A stretch of DNA of 64,000 bases from a virus. The stretch covers positions 1 to 64,000 of IMG/VR virus record IMGVR_UViG_3300036832_001118. One strand, 5' to 3'. A program made the position numbers and the translations under genes. Below are positions 1-9,155 of the stretch, piece after piece (the stretch's first letter is position 1; the number at the start of each line of letters is the position of its first letter). The notes under the pieces are model-generated. The model did no database searches. It had not been told where the DNA came from and worked only from the letters and a program-made list of their open reading frames with translations.

Positions 1-83
1 GCTGAAAGTCTACTGTCCCCAAACCCTATTCGCAATTCACCATTACTGCCATTGAAACCATTAGCTTATTTTCCCTAAAATAA

Positions 84-128
84 TTGTCCCCTAAGGGCTT
101 GTATTGGGGACAAGGGTATGCCATATAA
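84..128 (+). promoter_or_regulatory. Putative sigma70 promoter overlapped by an inverted-repeat operator
   Basis: TTGTAT (99-104), 17 bp spacer, CATATA (122-127). TTGTCCCC (84-91) and GGGGACAA (106-113) form an inverted repeat around the -35. Confidence 0.45.
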
Positions 129-155
129 GGGTCATCGAACTGTGAGGACAAGACC

Positions 156-326
156 ATGTTTGTATCACCGCAATGGAAAGAAGTTTTCGGTGTGTTCACT
201 GCCCGCAATGGGCAATGGGCGCTTGTGTCTACCCATGGCAATCTAGCCGAGGCTATGCGCGAGCGGGATTATACGGCCCGCGAGCTAGACCAGCAGGTAG
301 CTATCTTCCGTAAGGCTATTCACTAA
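156..326 (+). CDS. Small hypothetical protein (56 aa, MFVSPQWKEVFG...), not in the ORF track
   Basis: GAGGA RBS at 144-148, ATG at 156, open frame to TAA, downstream of the putative promoter. Confidence 0.6.
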   Translation: MFVSPQWKEVFGVFTARNGQWALVSTHGNLAEAMRERDYTARELDQQVAIFRKAIH

Positions 327-463
327 GCCTTTAAAGGGCGGAGGGAGGCCATCTAAGGGAGGTACCCTGGTAAACGTTTCCAGGGGCCCCAGTCGAGACG
401 GCCCCGAAATGCGAAGCTCTCCAATGTATATCTGCCGCCACCTTTTTCCCCTAATAGGCGAAC

Positions 464-507
464 GGGTCCCATATTTCGCTCCTTAATACGCAATGGGTCC
501 CATATTT
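464..507 (+). repeat. 13-bp direct repeat GGGTCCCATATTT x2 (464-476, 495-507), probable resolvase binding subsites
   Basis: Exact repeat at 31-bp spacing immediately upstream of the recombinase RBS. Confidence 0.6.
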
Positions 508-516
508 GAGGATGTT

Positions 517-1104
517 ATGCGTGCAGTTCTCTACTTACGCGTCAGTACGAAGGATCAGGACACCGACAATCAGGAGCGGGAGCTTCGGGTTGCGGCGGCT
601 CGATTGGGTCATGAGATCATTAATATTTACCGGGATCATGGGATCAGCGGTGCCAAGGGTCGAGACAGGCGGCCTGGGTTTGACCAACTGCACCGGGACG
701 CCAGCCGCGGGAAATTCGACCTCGTCATGGCCTGGTCGGTGGATCGGCTGGGCCGCAGCGTACAGGACCTTGTATCCTTCTTAGTTCATCTTCATTCCAC
801 GCGCACTGGGCTTTATTTGCATCAGCAGGGGCTGGACACGACGACGCCTGCGGGCCGGGCGATGTTTCAGATGCTGGGTGTATTTGCTGAGTTTGAGCGT
901 GAGATCATACGTGAGCGGGTGAATGCGGGGATGGCGCGGGCGCGGGCGAGTGGCACGCGCTCTGGCAAGGCGATAGGTCGGCCTGGGGTTCACATTGAGA
1001 CGGTTGACGCCATTCGGGCGGCGCGGGGGACTGGCACGATTCGGGAGCTGGCGTTGAGGTTTAACATCAGCAAGAGCGCGGTGGCGCGGGTGTTGGCGGA
1101 TTAG
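517..1104 (+). CDS. Serine recombinase (resolvase/invertase family) with C-terminal HTH
   Basis: YLRVST catalytic Ser motif, SGAK..RP, VDRLGRS, AEFEREIIRERV..G, GRP and C-terminal HTH. Start moved to ATG 517, which follows GAGGA. Confidence 0.95.
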   Translation: MRAVLYLRVSTKDQDTDNQERELRVAAARLGHEIINIYRDHGISGAKGRDRRPGFDQLHRDASRGKFDLVMAWSVDRLGRSVQDLVSFLVHLHSTRTGLYLHQQGLDTTTPAGRAMFQMLGVFAEFEREIIRERVNAGMARARASGTRSGKAIGRPGVHIETVDAIRAARGTGTIRELALRFNISKSAVARVLAD

Positions 1105-1304
1105 GTTTCCAGCGCCCGCACGCGATGGTCGATGCGTTCGAGCTGGCGCGACAGGGCGCGGACTTCATCAGTGAGGCCGCCGACTGTTGCATCGAGTCGG
1201 CGGACCATGGCGGTTGTGACGCTCATTTGGTCTTCGACGGCGCCGAGGCGTTCGATGACGCGATCGAGTTGCTGGGCGATAAAGGCGAGGTCGATGTCGG
1301 CCAT
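1101..1304 (-). CDS. Small coiled-coil hypothetical protein (MADIDLAFIAQQLDRVIE...)
   Basis: Heptad pattern; its stop overlaps the recombinase stop convergently. Confidence 0.65.
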   Translation of the reverse strand: MADIDLAFIAQQLDRVIERLGAVEDQMSVTTAMVRRLDATVGGLTDEVRALSRQLERIDHRVRALET

Positions 1305-1437
1305 ACGGCAGGTTGTAGGGGTGGGCCTTCTTCTGTCAAGATGGACTTGACATGGCCAGGCATTACGACGCGCGCGGTGACCTCGACTCCGACGATGAGA
1401 TGGTTCTGGTGAGGCAGGCTCAAGAGAAGCTCGATAG

Positions 1438-1686
1438 ATGACCGGAAACATCATGGAACTGAGCGAGTACAGGAAGAAGCGGCCCCAGCAGGAGAAGCAC
1501 TATGCGAGGGCCATGACCGTTCAGCATTTGATCGATGTCCTCGGCTTCTGCGATAGGAGGGCCAAGGTGTACGTCAGGAACAGTTGGATGGTGGGCGTGG
1601 TGGAGATCCAGGAGTACAGCGAGGGCGTTCAGGGCCTGCCGACGGTCCTGCTTCAGTTGAACCAGGAGGAGCTGCCGCGGCAATGA
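1438..1686 (+). CDS. Hypothetical protein
   Basis: ORF with ATGA coupling to the next gene. Confidence 0.6.
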   Translation: MTGNIMELSEYRKKRPQQEKHYARAMTVQHLIDVLGFCDRRAKVYVRNSWMVGVVEIQEYSEGVQGLPTVLLQLNQEELPRQ

Positions 1687-1883
1687 TCGCGCTGGCATAT
1701 CTTGATGTCGGCCTTGTCTTGTTCGCCTTGACCTTGGTCAGGCCATCTGCGCAAGCCGTGCGCCGCATCAGGGAGCTGGATCAATCATTCGCAGTGGTCT
1801 ACGTCGCGGCAATGGTCGGGGCCAGCCTGTGGCCGTTGGTGCTGGTTGGATTGCTTCTCGGGTGGAGACGGGATGAGCAATGA
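1683..1883 (+). CDS. Small membrane protein (2 TM)
   Basis: ATGA overlap; two hydrophobic segments. Confidence 0.6.
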   Translation: MIALAYLDVGLVLFALTLVRPSAQAVRRIRELDQSFAVVYVAAMVGASLWPLVLVGLLLGWRRDEQ

Positions 1884-2053
1884 GCAGCCCGTGGCCTTGG
1901 CATATTCCGCAAGTGCCGACCGTGACAACGGGCGGCACAAGTCCTTATGAAATGCAGATAGCCTGTCACTTTGTTTGGCGCGCAGTTATTTACGCTGAGC
2001 CACACCCGCAGTTTCACGTGGAACGCTGGGTGGTAAGGACCTTAAAGCCTTAA
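1880..2053 (+). CDS. Possible 57-aa ORF (MSSPWPWHIPQ...)
   Basis: ATGA overlap with the upstream stop; open to TAA 2051-2053. The region is also highly self-complementary. Confidence 0.4.
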   Translation: MSSPWPWHIPQVPTVTTGGTSPYEMQIACHFVWRAVIYAEPHPQFHVERWVVRTLKP

Positions 2054-2086
2054 ATAGCGAGGGACTGGTCACCTTCGCAGCCGCGC

Positions 2087-2112
2087 GGGCTCCCTCTGTG
2101 GGGGCCTTTTTT
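2087..2112 (+). terminator. Intrinsic terminator
   Basis: GGGCTCCC-TCTGT-GGGGGCC followed by TTTTTT. Confidence 0.65.
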
Positions 2113-2134
2113 GTTTCCACAGAGGAGTGCAGCA

Positions 2135-2425
2135 ATGCGCCGGATGGCATGGTTGATCTTTGCAGCAGCGATGTTTGCGTCTGCGCCGCTATCGTTGTCC
2201 TCGCCACCCTCATGGTCTTCGTGGCTACCCTCGGTGACGGCGAGCACGGCTGACGCTGCGGTGGTGTGGCGGCACCGACGCGTGGACCGGCGCGGCTATT
2301 ACGGCGGCAGCTATTACGCCCACCCGGACGGCCTCGGCGGCTATCCCTACAGCGCCAGCCACTACGCCTATCGGCATGTGTGGGCGCCGCCGGGCTGGGG
2401 CTGGCATCGCGGTTGGCGCTGGTGA
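2135..2425 (+). CDS. Small exported Gly/Tyr/Trp-rich protein
   Basis: GAGGAG RBS, signal-peptide-like N-terminus, YYGGSYY/GWGW tail. Confidence 0.7.
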   Translation: MRRMAWLIFAAAMFASAPLSLSSPPSWSSWLPSVTASTADAAVVWRHRRVDRRGYYGGSYYAHPDGLGGYPYSASHYAYRHVWAPPGWGWHRGWRW

Positions 2426-2430
2426 CGGCG

Positions 2431-2583
2431 ATGGACCGGGCTGTGGAGGGGTTGCTGGAGGAACTTTTGCAGGAGCTGGGTCAGCTGCGCTCTGAGATGG
2501 AGGCGTTGCGTCAGGACGTGCACACGATTCTGGAGCACATGCCGATGCAGATGATTCCGGACCGGGATAGCGAGGTGCAATGA
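2431..2583 (+). CDS. Small coiled-coil hypothetical protein
   Basis: ATG 2431, LEELLQELGQLRSEMEALR heptads, ATGA coupling. Confidence 0.55.
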   Translation: MDRAVEGLLEELLQELGQLRSEMEALRQDVHTILEHMPMQMIPDRDSEVQ

Positions 2584-2810
2584 GTCTGCGCGAGGACGAG
2601 GTCGGCCAGGCGGCGCGCGCGCTTGGGGCTTGGATGCGATCACAGGAGTTCGACTGGCGCGATATTTCGTTATTGTGTCAGGCGATGGTGGGTTTTTCGA
2701 CGGCGAATTTGAGTGCCAACAAGGCGGAATTTGAGATCAACCTGACGCGGCTCAAGCGCGACGTCGACAATTCGGCGCGGCGGGCGTGGAAGGATCGGGG
2801 CGTGGCGTAG
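2580..2810 (+). CDS. Hypothetical protein
   Basis: ORF with GAGGTG RBS and ATGA overlap. Confidence 0.6.
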   Translation: MSLREDEVGQAARALGAWMRSQEFDWRDISLLCQAMVGFSTANLSANKAEFEINLTRLKRDVDNSARRAWKDRGVA

Positions 2811-2812
2811 CG

Positions 2813-2998
2813 ATGTTGCACGTGCTGGCCATTTTGGCGACGACCTATGTGCCGATCTGCACGGTGGATTCCCCGCTGGGTAGCCACTGTGTGATTGACG
2901 GCAACGTCTGGCAGTATCGCTGCATTGCGGCTGCGCACAAGCAGTTTGTCTGCGATCGACGGCTTAAGCGTCCAACCAAACACGTTATTCCAACCTAG
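2813..2998 (+). CDS. Small Cys-containing, possibly exported protein
   Basis: ATG after the upstream stop; hydrophobic N-terminus; 4 Cys. Confidence 0.45.
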   Translation: MLHVLAILATTYVPICTVDSPLGSHCVIDGNVWQYRCIAAAHKQFVCDRRLKRPTKHVIPT

Positions 2999-3007
2999 GG
3001 GGCTCAC

Positions 3008-3499
3008 ATGGGGACGGAAAAACACGGGGAATCTCGCCGCAGTGGTTGGTCGGCGGAATACGGCATTTGGTGGGCAATGCTACAGCGCTGCCATGATCCT
3101 AATTATAAAAACTTCCGAAATTACGGTGGCCGCGGGATCGAAGTCTGCGAGCGCTGGCGCTACGGTGAAAACGGCAAGCATCCCGTGGTTTGTTTCATCG
3201 AGGACATGGGACGGCGTCCCTCGCCGCAATATTCCATCGAACGGATCAACAACTTACTTGGCTATTCGCCCAGCAACTGCCGTTGGGCCACGCGCAAAGA
3301 ACAAGCGAACAATCGACGCTATCGAACAAACACGACCGGCTATCCAGGAGCGCAGCCTTGTCGGGGGAAGTTCAAGGCTCAACTGCATGTCGGAGGCAGG
3401 GTTGTGCATCTAGGTGTGTTTGACACTGCGCAACAGGCTTCAGCCGCATGGTTACAGGCTAAAGCCGCAACTCAGGAGAAAAACCATGTGCGATTATAG
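3008..3499 (+). CDS. HNH-type homing endonuclease with C-terminal AP2 domain
   Basis: [40 protein letters not shown]; AP2-like [18 protein letters not shown]. Confidence 0.85.
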   Translation: MGTEKHGESRRSGWSAEYGIWWAMLQRCHDPNYKNFRNYGGRGIEVCERWRYGENGKHPVVCFIEDMGRRPSPQYSIERINNLLGYSPSNCRWATRKEQANNRRYRTNTTGYPGAQPCRGKFKAQLHVGGRVVHLGVFDTAQQASAAWLQAKAATQEKNHVRL

Positions 3500-3914
3500 C
3501 CTGCGCCATCTCGCCTCGCGTCCGGCCAAGGTCGATGACAAGCTGGTGGTGAGCAAGTTCCACAATTCGATTTCTATTGGTTTCGTCGATGCCGCTGCCG
3601 CCTATGAAAAGATCAACGAGGTGGTGTGCGTGCTGCCCGGCACCGAGTTGGCGTTTGGCGACAACATCACCCAGGCCGCCAGCGGCCACCCCGGCTATGG
3701 CGACAAGGAGCACGCCCACAACACCGCGCGCTTCCGCCAGATCAACCTGGAGAATCCACATACCCATCACGACGCCCTTGAACTCCCCAGCGGGGCAATG
3801 ATCCTGCTGCATAGCCTCAAGCCCGGCCAGACCGCCACCGTGCTGCAGCTTCCCGCCACGCCCAAGACGGCGGAGGAGGCCGAGGCGCAGGCGCGGCTGG
3901 AGGTTGTGGCCTAG
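3486..3914 (+). CDS. Conserved hypothetical protein (MCDYSL...SRPA family)
   Basis: AGGAG RBS; [17 protein letters not shown] and HHDALE motifs recalled from Bradyrhizobium-type hypothetical proteins. Confidence 0.75.
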   Translation: MCDYSLRHLASRPAKVDDKLVVSKFHNSISIGFVDAAAAYEKINEVVCVLPGTELAFGDNITQAASGHPGYGDKEHAHNTARFRQINLENPHTHHDALELPSGAMILLHSLKPGQTATVLQLPATPKTAEEAEAQARLEVVA

Positions 3915-4074
3915 GTGGACCTGCGCGCGTTCGTGCTCTGGAACGGGATTGAGTGGGTGCCCAACGTGATGCTGCGGCCGCATTGGTGGTGGCCGCGGCG
4001 TTACTGGGCGGTCCGGCGCGCGCGCTTAGCGGCGGCGTACATGAATTGGAAGAAGGTACGGCCGTAGGTCAACG

Positions 4075-6393
4075 ATGGCGAACGGGGACACGTCCAGCCA
4101 GATTGCCCGTTTACAGCAGCAGATAATGGTTTTGCAGCAGCAAATAATGTCGCCGCCTGCTGTTGCGATGTTACGGGCGCAGGTTCGAGCGCTGCAGGAT
4201 CGGATGGGTCCGACGATTGTCGGCCCGCCGGGGCCGATGGGTTCGGCGGGACCGGTTGGTGGTCCTGGGGCGATAGGTCCGACTGGGCCTGCGGGTGTGG
4301 CTGGTGGCGCCGGGACGCCGGGTTTAGGCGGGCTTGCGGGGCCGCAAGGGTTGCAAGGTCTGCAAGGGTTGCAAGGTCTGACAGGGGCCACTGGCGCGAC
4401 TGGAGCAGCTGGGAGTGGCGGCGGTGGCTCCGTCGCCTGGTCATTCAACGCCATGTTCGGCGGCGTCGGTGACGGTGCCACCAACAACGCGACGGCTTGG
4501 AACAATTTTGCCAGCGCGGCACGTTCGGCCAGTGCTGCGGGCAAGGCGGTGGTGCTGGAGTTGACGCCCGGTACTTACAACTACAATCACGCGCAGTGCC
4601 AGAGTTTTTTGCAGAACATCAAGAACCTGCACATCATTGGTCACGGTGCCGTCATTCAGAACACCTATGATCGGAATGTCAGCGGCGCCAACGCAGCTTA
4701 CGAGTGGCCGTGGGGACCGGCGTGTCAACCGCTGTGGAATGCATCTGCGGTTAACCAGGGGTTTTTGATTCAAACGACGACGCCGGTTACCAATACCGTC
4801 ACCCTGATCACCGCGACCGACAGCGCCAATTTTGCCGTTGGCCAGTGGATCATGTTGGCCAGTCTCGACATTCAGTACTATGGCTGGCCGCCGAACTGCG
4901 ATTTGTTCGAGTATGCCAAGATCACCGCGATCAACTCTGGCACCGGGGTCATCACGCTAGATCGTAACATTTTAAACGTGCACCGCTCGGACTTCCCCGA
5001 CGGCAACAATCCCAACCCCTGTGGTCGCGCCCGCATCTGGCAACTGAATACGTCTGGATGGTCAATCGGGACAATTACTTGGGACCTCGACCATATCTAT
5101 CAGGGGCTGACGGTGAACCCGGCGCCCAATTCTGGCTCGGTCTATCAGATCTTTACTGGGCGCCAGATCAAGACCATTGACTGGACCGGGGTCGGGCCTT
5201 CGGAGAGCGTGGCTTTCAACGTCGAGCATCACAGCCCGCGCTTCACCACCCAGGCCGAGTCGGACAAATTGGTGCGCAGCATCAGCTACAACGCGATGGA
5301 CTACACCTGCGGCCAGCGTTTGGCGTTTCAATCGTCGAGCATCGACATGGTGACGATACGTGACTCCTACATCACTGGCTCGCTGACGCCAGGTAATGTC
5401 AAGCATATCGTTGTCGATAATTGTGTCACTGACTATATCGCGTCAGTATCGACGCAAGGCATGGGACGGTCGCGCACGGTCAGGAACTCGCGCATATTTG
5501 GCGCTGGGACTATCAACTACAATATCAATGACGCCGGGACGATGCTGACGGTCGATGCAACAAATGTCACGTATGCCAACGGAACTTTTAAGATCTTGAA
5601 GTCTTCCAACATGCACCAATCGTGGAATTGCGTCATCGGCCAAGTGATCTATTTAGGCGCCAACACCGATATATACAACGCTTATTTGTTTGCCGATATT
5701 GGTGTTGGATATGTTGCTGCCTTGCGCGAGGATGCAACGTACCTCTACATCGACACCACCCTTCCATTCACGACGCTGCCGAGCTGGTTCTTCAAAGTTG
5801 GAATCGTGCGCGAGGGCGCCATTCGCTTCGAGAATTGCACCGGCTGCGATGCGGCGGACCTGGCCTCGGAGGCGGCCAGGCGCGGGAAAAATCCTCGCGA
5901 ATATTTTCGCTACCGGTTTATGGGCAAGTTTGCCCAGGGTGGTGGTTGGTTGTATCACAAAGGCCTTCTCACCAGCTTGAAGTGCAACGTTCGGCAAGTG
6001 TCGCCGGCAGCGGGCACCACCTTAAAGATCAACGCTAACGTCTTTGATCAAGCAACTCTGGCGATGACTGGTACAGTTGAGTTTGATTTTAACTGTAACA
6101 TTGTTGGTGAGCGAATCATCACGCAAGCTGTATATACCGGCAAGCAGACCGGCGACGCTATCACATTGAATGGTACGCAGTCCTTCATCCCAGTCGGTCA
6201 AATCTGGGATGGTCAGTCGCAGTGGTATTTTATCAATCTTGCTCCCAGCTCGTATGCGTTCTATCAGCTGCCGATCGTGGATTTGGAGTTTGAATTTGAT
6301 CTAGGTAAGATCAGCACCGTCAGTTATCCGCAGTACGGTGACCCGGCGGCTGGCACCAATCTGATCGCGGCTCCGACGGGGCAATTACCATGA
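4075..6393 (+). CDS. Tailspike/fibre-like protein: coiled coil, collagen GXY repeats, then a beta-helix (pectate-lyase-like) domain
   Basis: GPPGPMGSAGP...GLQGLQ triplets; FGGVGDGATNNATAW and LTPGTY motifs typical of the start of a tailspike beta-helix. Confidence 0.75.
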   Translation: MANGDTSSQIARLQQQIMVLQQQIMSPPAVAMLRAQVRALQDRMGPTIVGPPGPMGSAGPVGGPGAIGPTGPAGVAGGAGTPGLGGLAGPQGLQGLQGLQGLTGATGATGAAGSGGGGSVAWSFNAMFGGVGDGATNNATAWNNFASAARSASAAGKAVVLELTPGTYNYNHAQCQSFLQNIKNLHIIGHGAVIQNTYDRNVSGANAAYEWPWGPACQPLWNASAVNQGFLIQTTTPVTNTVTLITATDSANFAVGQWIMLASLDIQYYGWPPNCDLFEYAKITAINSGTGVITLDRNILNVHRSDFPDGNNPNPCGRARIWQLNTSGWSIGTITWDLDHIYQGLTVNPAPNSGSVYQIFTGRQIKTIDWTGVGPSESVAFNVEHHSPRFTTQAESDKLVRSISYNAMDYTCGQRLAFQSSSIDMVTIRDSYITGSLTPGNVKHIVVDNCVTDYIASVSTQGMGRSRTVRNSRIFGAGTINYNINDAGTMLTVDATNVTYANGTFKILKSSNMHQSWNCVIGQVIYLGANTDIYNAYLFADIGVGYVAALREDATYLYIDTTLPFTTLPSWFFKVGIVREGAIRFENCTGCDAADLASEAARRGKNPREYFRYRFMGKFAQGGGWLYHKGLLTSLKCNVRQVSPAAGTTLKINANVFDQATLAMTGTVEFDFNCNIVGERIITQAVYTGKQTGDAITLNGTQSFIPVGQIWDGQSQWYFINLAPSSYAFYQLPIVDLEFEFDLGKISTVSYPQYGDPAAGTNLIAAPTGQLP

Positions 6394-6683
6394 GCAATGT
6401 CGAGGACGAGCGCACTCGACCGCTATGTGACGGAGCCGTAACGATGTTGGTTATAGATTGGCTTGACGGCAACTGTCCGGTACAGGCTGAGGGCACCGTT
6501 GATGGACGACCGTTCTATTTCCGTGCCAGATGGCAGCATTGGAGCTTTGACGTTGATGACGTCACCTTCCGCGAAGCAAGGTGGGGCGATAGCCCATTCG
6601 CTGCTGGATGGATGCCCCACGACGCGGCGCGAAACATCATTGAACGATGCGCCGAGGAATACTCTAGCGAGCACAAAGGATAA
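6390..6683 (+). CDS. Hypothetical protein (CPVQAEG...FYFRAR family)
   Basis: ATGA overlap; globular composition. Confidence 0.65.
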   Translation: MSNVEDERTRPLCDGAVTMLVIDWLDGNCPVQAEGTVDGRPFYFRARWQHWSFDVDDVTFREARWGDSPFAAGWMPHDAARNIIERCAEEYSSEHKG

Positions 6684-6691
6684 AAACTCTA

Positions 6692-8173
6692 ATGCACGGC
6701 ACGCAGCTGCCGCAGGAGTTGACACCCGAGGACCTGAAGCTCATTGCGACTGCGTCGGAAGCCCGCTCCGCGATCGAGGCGCGGGAGAAGTTCTACGCCT
6801 TCCGCCGTTACATGCGCCCGGACATGAAGTGGAATTGGTGGACCCAGGTGGTGTGCCTGGAGTTGCAGCAGTTCTACAACGACATGATGGCGGGCAAGCG
6901 ACCGAAGATGGCGCTGATGGCGCCGCCGCAGCACGGCAAGAGTTGGGCGGCGCAGGACTTCATGGCTTGGGTGGCGGGCGCCAACCCGGACCTGAAGATC
7001 ATCTTTGCCAGCTATTCGGATGATCTCGGCATCACCTCCAATGCCAACCTGCAGCGACTGATCAAGGCGGACAAGTATCGGCGCGCGTTCCCGCAAACGC
7101 GCATCGATGTGCAAGGCTGGGCCTGTAATCAGAGTTTGATTGAATTTGTTGAGAAGCGCGGTAGTTTCCGGAACACCACGGTCGACGGCCCGATCAACGG
7201 CATGGAATTGCATCTCGGCGTGATTGATGATCCGCACAAGGGTCGCGCCGAGGCGATGAGCAAGGCGGTGCGCGAGAAGACCTGGAGCTGGTTTGTTGAT
7301 GATTTTGGTGCCCGCTTTGCCGCCAATTCCGGCATGCTGATTTTGATGACCAGGTGGCATGTTGATGATTTGTTAGGTCGCTATTTGGAGAAGTTTCCGC
7401 AGACTAAGATTGTGCGCTTCCCGGCCATCGCCGAGGATGACGAGTATTGTAATCCGAGCGAGCCCAACACCCCGACCCGTAAACGCGGCGCGGCGCTGTT
7501 TCCGGCGGTGAAGCCACTCAAGTTCTTGCTCGAACGCAAGACCCTGATGACCGAGACGTCATGGGAGTCGGAGTATCAACAACATCCAATTGTTGTTGGT
7601 GGCGGCATCTTCCCGATCGACAAGCTCACCACCTTGGGCATCTTTGATCGCAACGAGGTGAAACAGACGGTGCGCTACTGGGATAAAGCCGGGACCGAGG
7701 GCGGCGAGGGCGCCTATACGGCCGGTGTGCTGATGCATGCGATGAAGAACAAGAGTTACGTTATTGCCCATGTGGTGCGCGGGCGCTGGGGCGCGCTCGA
7801 GCGCGAGGACCAGATCCGCGCCTGGGCCAAGATCGATCGCGACAACTGGGGCTGGGGCTACGAGGTTTACGTCGAGCAGGAGCCGGGCTCCGGCGGCAAG
7901 GAAAGTGCTGAGGCCACCATCCGCGAGCTGCGCGGGTTTAGGGTCTTTGCTGACCGGGTCACCGGCAAGAAGGAGATCAGGGCCGAGCCGTTCGCCGCGC
8001 AAGTGCAGGGCGGCAACGTGCGATTACTTGCCGGTACCTGGCAGGGCGACCTGCTGGCCGAGCTCGAGGCCTTTCCCAACGGCAAATACAAGGATCAGGT
8101 CGATGCCTGCTCCGGCGCCTTCGCCAAGCTGACGGGTGATGGCTACTACAATATCGACGCGCTAGCGAGCTAA
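6692..8173 (+). CDS. terL: Terminase large subunit
   Basis: Walker A APPQHGKS, Walker B GVIDDP, MTRWH..DL, nuclease motifs YWDKA, EQEPGSGGK and DQVDA. Confidence 0.95.
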   Translation: MHGTQLPQELTPEDLKLIATASEARSAIEAREKFYAFRRYMRPDMKWNWWTQVVCLELQQFYNDMMAGKRPKMALMAPPQHGKSWAAQDFMAWVAGANPDLKIIFASYSDDLGITSNANLQRLIKADKYRRAFPQTRIDVQGWACNQSLIEFVEKRGSFRNTTVDGPINGMELHLGVIDDPHKGRAEAMSKAVREKTWSWFVDDFGARFAANSGMLILMTRWHVDDLLGRYLEKFPQTKIVRFPAIAEDDEYCNPSEPNTPTRKRGAALFPAVKPLKFLLERKTLMTETSWESEYQQHPIVVGGGIFPIDKLTTLGIFDRNEVKQTVRYWDKAGTEGGEGAYTAGVLMHAMKNKSYVIAHVVRGRWGALEREDQIRAWAKIDRDNWGWGYEVYVEQEPGSGGKESAEATIRELRGFRVFADRVTGKKEIRAEPFAAQVQGGNVRLLAGTWQGDLLAELEAFPNGKYKDQVDACSGAFAKLTGDGYYNIDALAS

Positions 8174-8194
8174 ACAAACAAATAGGAGCAACCG

Positions 8195-8386
8195 ATGGCG
8201 GTCGGCGAGGAACTCAGTGAAGCGGCCAAGCATCAATTGAATGCAGTCAAGGATGCGGCGCAGGCGCTCAAGGATGCGCTCGATCGTGCGGCGCATACCT
8301 CGCCCGCAGATGTGGTGGATAAGGCGCACCAGAGCGTCAATGACTTGATTGATTGGGTCAAGCAAAAGACTGGCAGGCAGACGTAG
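8195..8386 (+). CDS. Small helical hypothetical protein
   Basis: AGGAG RBS, ORF. Confidence 0.65.
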   Translation: MAVGEELSEAAKHQLNAVKDAAQALKDALDRAAHTSPADVVDKAHQSVNDLIDWVKQKTGRQT

Positions 8387-8398
8387 CGACAGACAGCG

Positions 8399-8794
8399 AT
8401 GCCTTTTGAGCCGTTGCCCACAGTCCCTAGTGGCAGGCAGGCTCTGACGTGCGGCAGCATCTCCTACAAGCGCAATAGCCGCAGCCGAAATAAAAAATCG
8501 CCGCCGCGCCTGATCATCTGCCTGCCCGCTATGGTCAATAACGGCACCATCAAGAAGCACGACCGGGTCGGGTTATTGATCGGCACCAGTGGCGATACGG
8601 GCAAGGCGCGCCTGGTCAAGAGCAACGGTGGTGCGGCCCTGGCGCACACGCTGCGTGGCGGCGCCATCTTGCTGCGCTTCGGTTACGTCCCGATGTTGGG
8701 GTTGGACTCGGCCGAGCGCGAAGAGCTGGACTTCCGTGTCAATGGCGAGGGCTTCGAGTTTGATCTGCCGACATGGTTCAGGGGAAAGGTGTGA
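8399..8794 (+). CDS. Hypothetical protein
   Basis: ORF in operon context. Confidence 0.6.
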   Translation: MPFEPLPTVPSGRQALTCGSISYKRNSRSRNKKSPPRLIICLPAMVNNGTIKKHDRVGLLIGTSGDTGKARLVKSNGGAALAHTLRGGAILLRFGYVPMLGLDSAEREELDFRVNGEGFEFDLPTWFRGKV

Positions 8795-8797
8795 TAA

Positions 8798-9025
8798 ATG
8801 ACCGATTTTCCCAAACTGATCCGCATCGTGCGCGCGCCCGACGGGAAAAACCGCGCCTACATCGGCGACCAGCAGCTGTGGTTTATCAACTATCGTGAAG
8901 AGTACGGGCGGTCCGGCCATACCGTCATCCTGACCATCCCGGCCGAGCACATCGCATTCGAGAAACATGAGCGACGAGATCCTCACACTGACACTGGCGG
9001 GCGGCAAGCCGTTCGTGGTGCGTAA
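8798..9025 (+). CDS. Hypothetical protein
   Basis: ORF in operon context. Confidence 0.55.
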   Translation: MTDFPKLIRIVRAPDGKNRAYIGDQQLWFINYREEYGRSGHTVILTIPAEHIAFEKHERRDPHTDTGGRQAVRGA

Positions 9026-9155
9026 GTTCAACATCATCGCGGCGCACGAGCCGGTCGAAGGTGAGACCCACGCTGGCGGTAAGACGAAGGTTTACCTGTC
9101 GAGCGGGGTGACGATCTTCGTGCGCGAGCCGCCGGACTTTGTGGTGCAGCCCTGA
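8967..9155 (+). CDS. Small beta-rich hypothetical protein
   Basis: ORF; TGATG coupling to the next gene. Confidence 0.55.
   Translation: MSDEILTLTLAGGKPFVVRKFNIIAAHEPVEGETHAGGKTKVYLSSGVTIFVREPPDFVVQP

Noticed and set aside
201-220. GCCCGCAATGGGC, similar to the 59116 operator core
   Set aside because: Only a partial match, inside coding sequence; likely chance in GC-rich DNA.
4345-4381. Tandem 9/18-nt repeats (CAAGGGTTGCAAGGTCTG)
   Set aside because: Explained by collagen GLQ triplets; not a CRISPR array.
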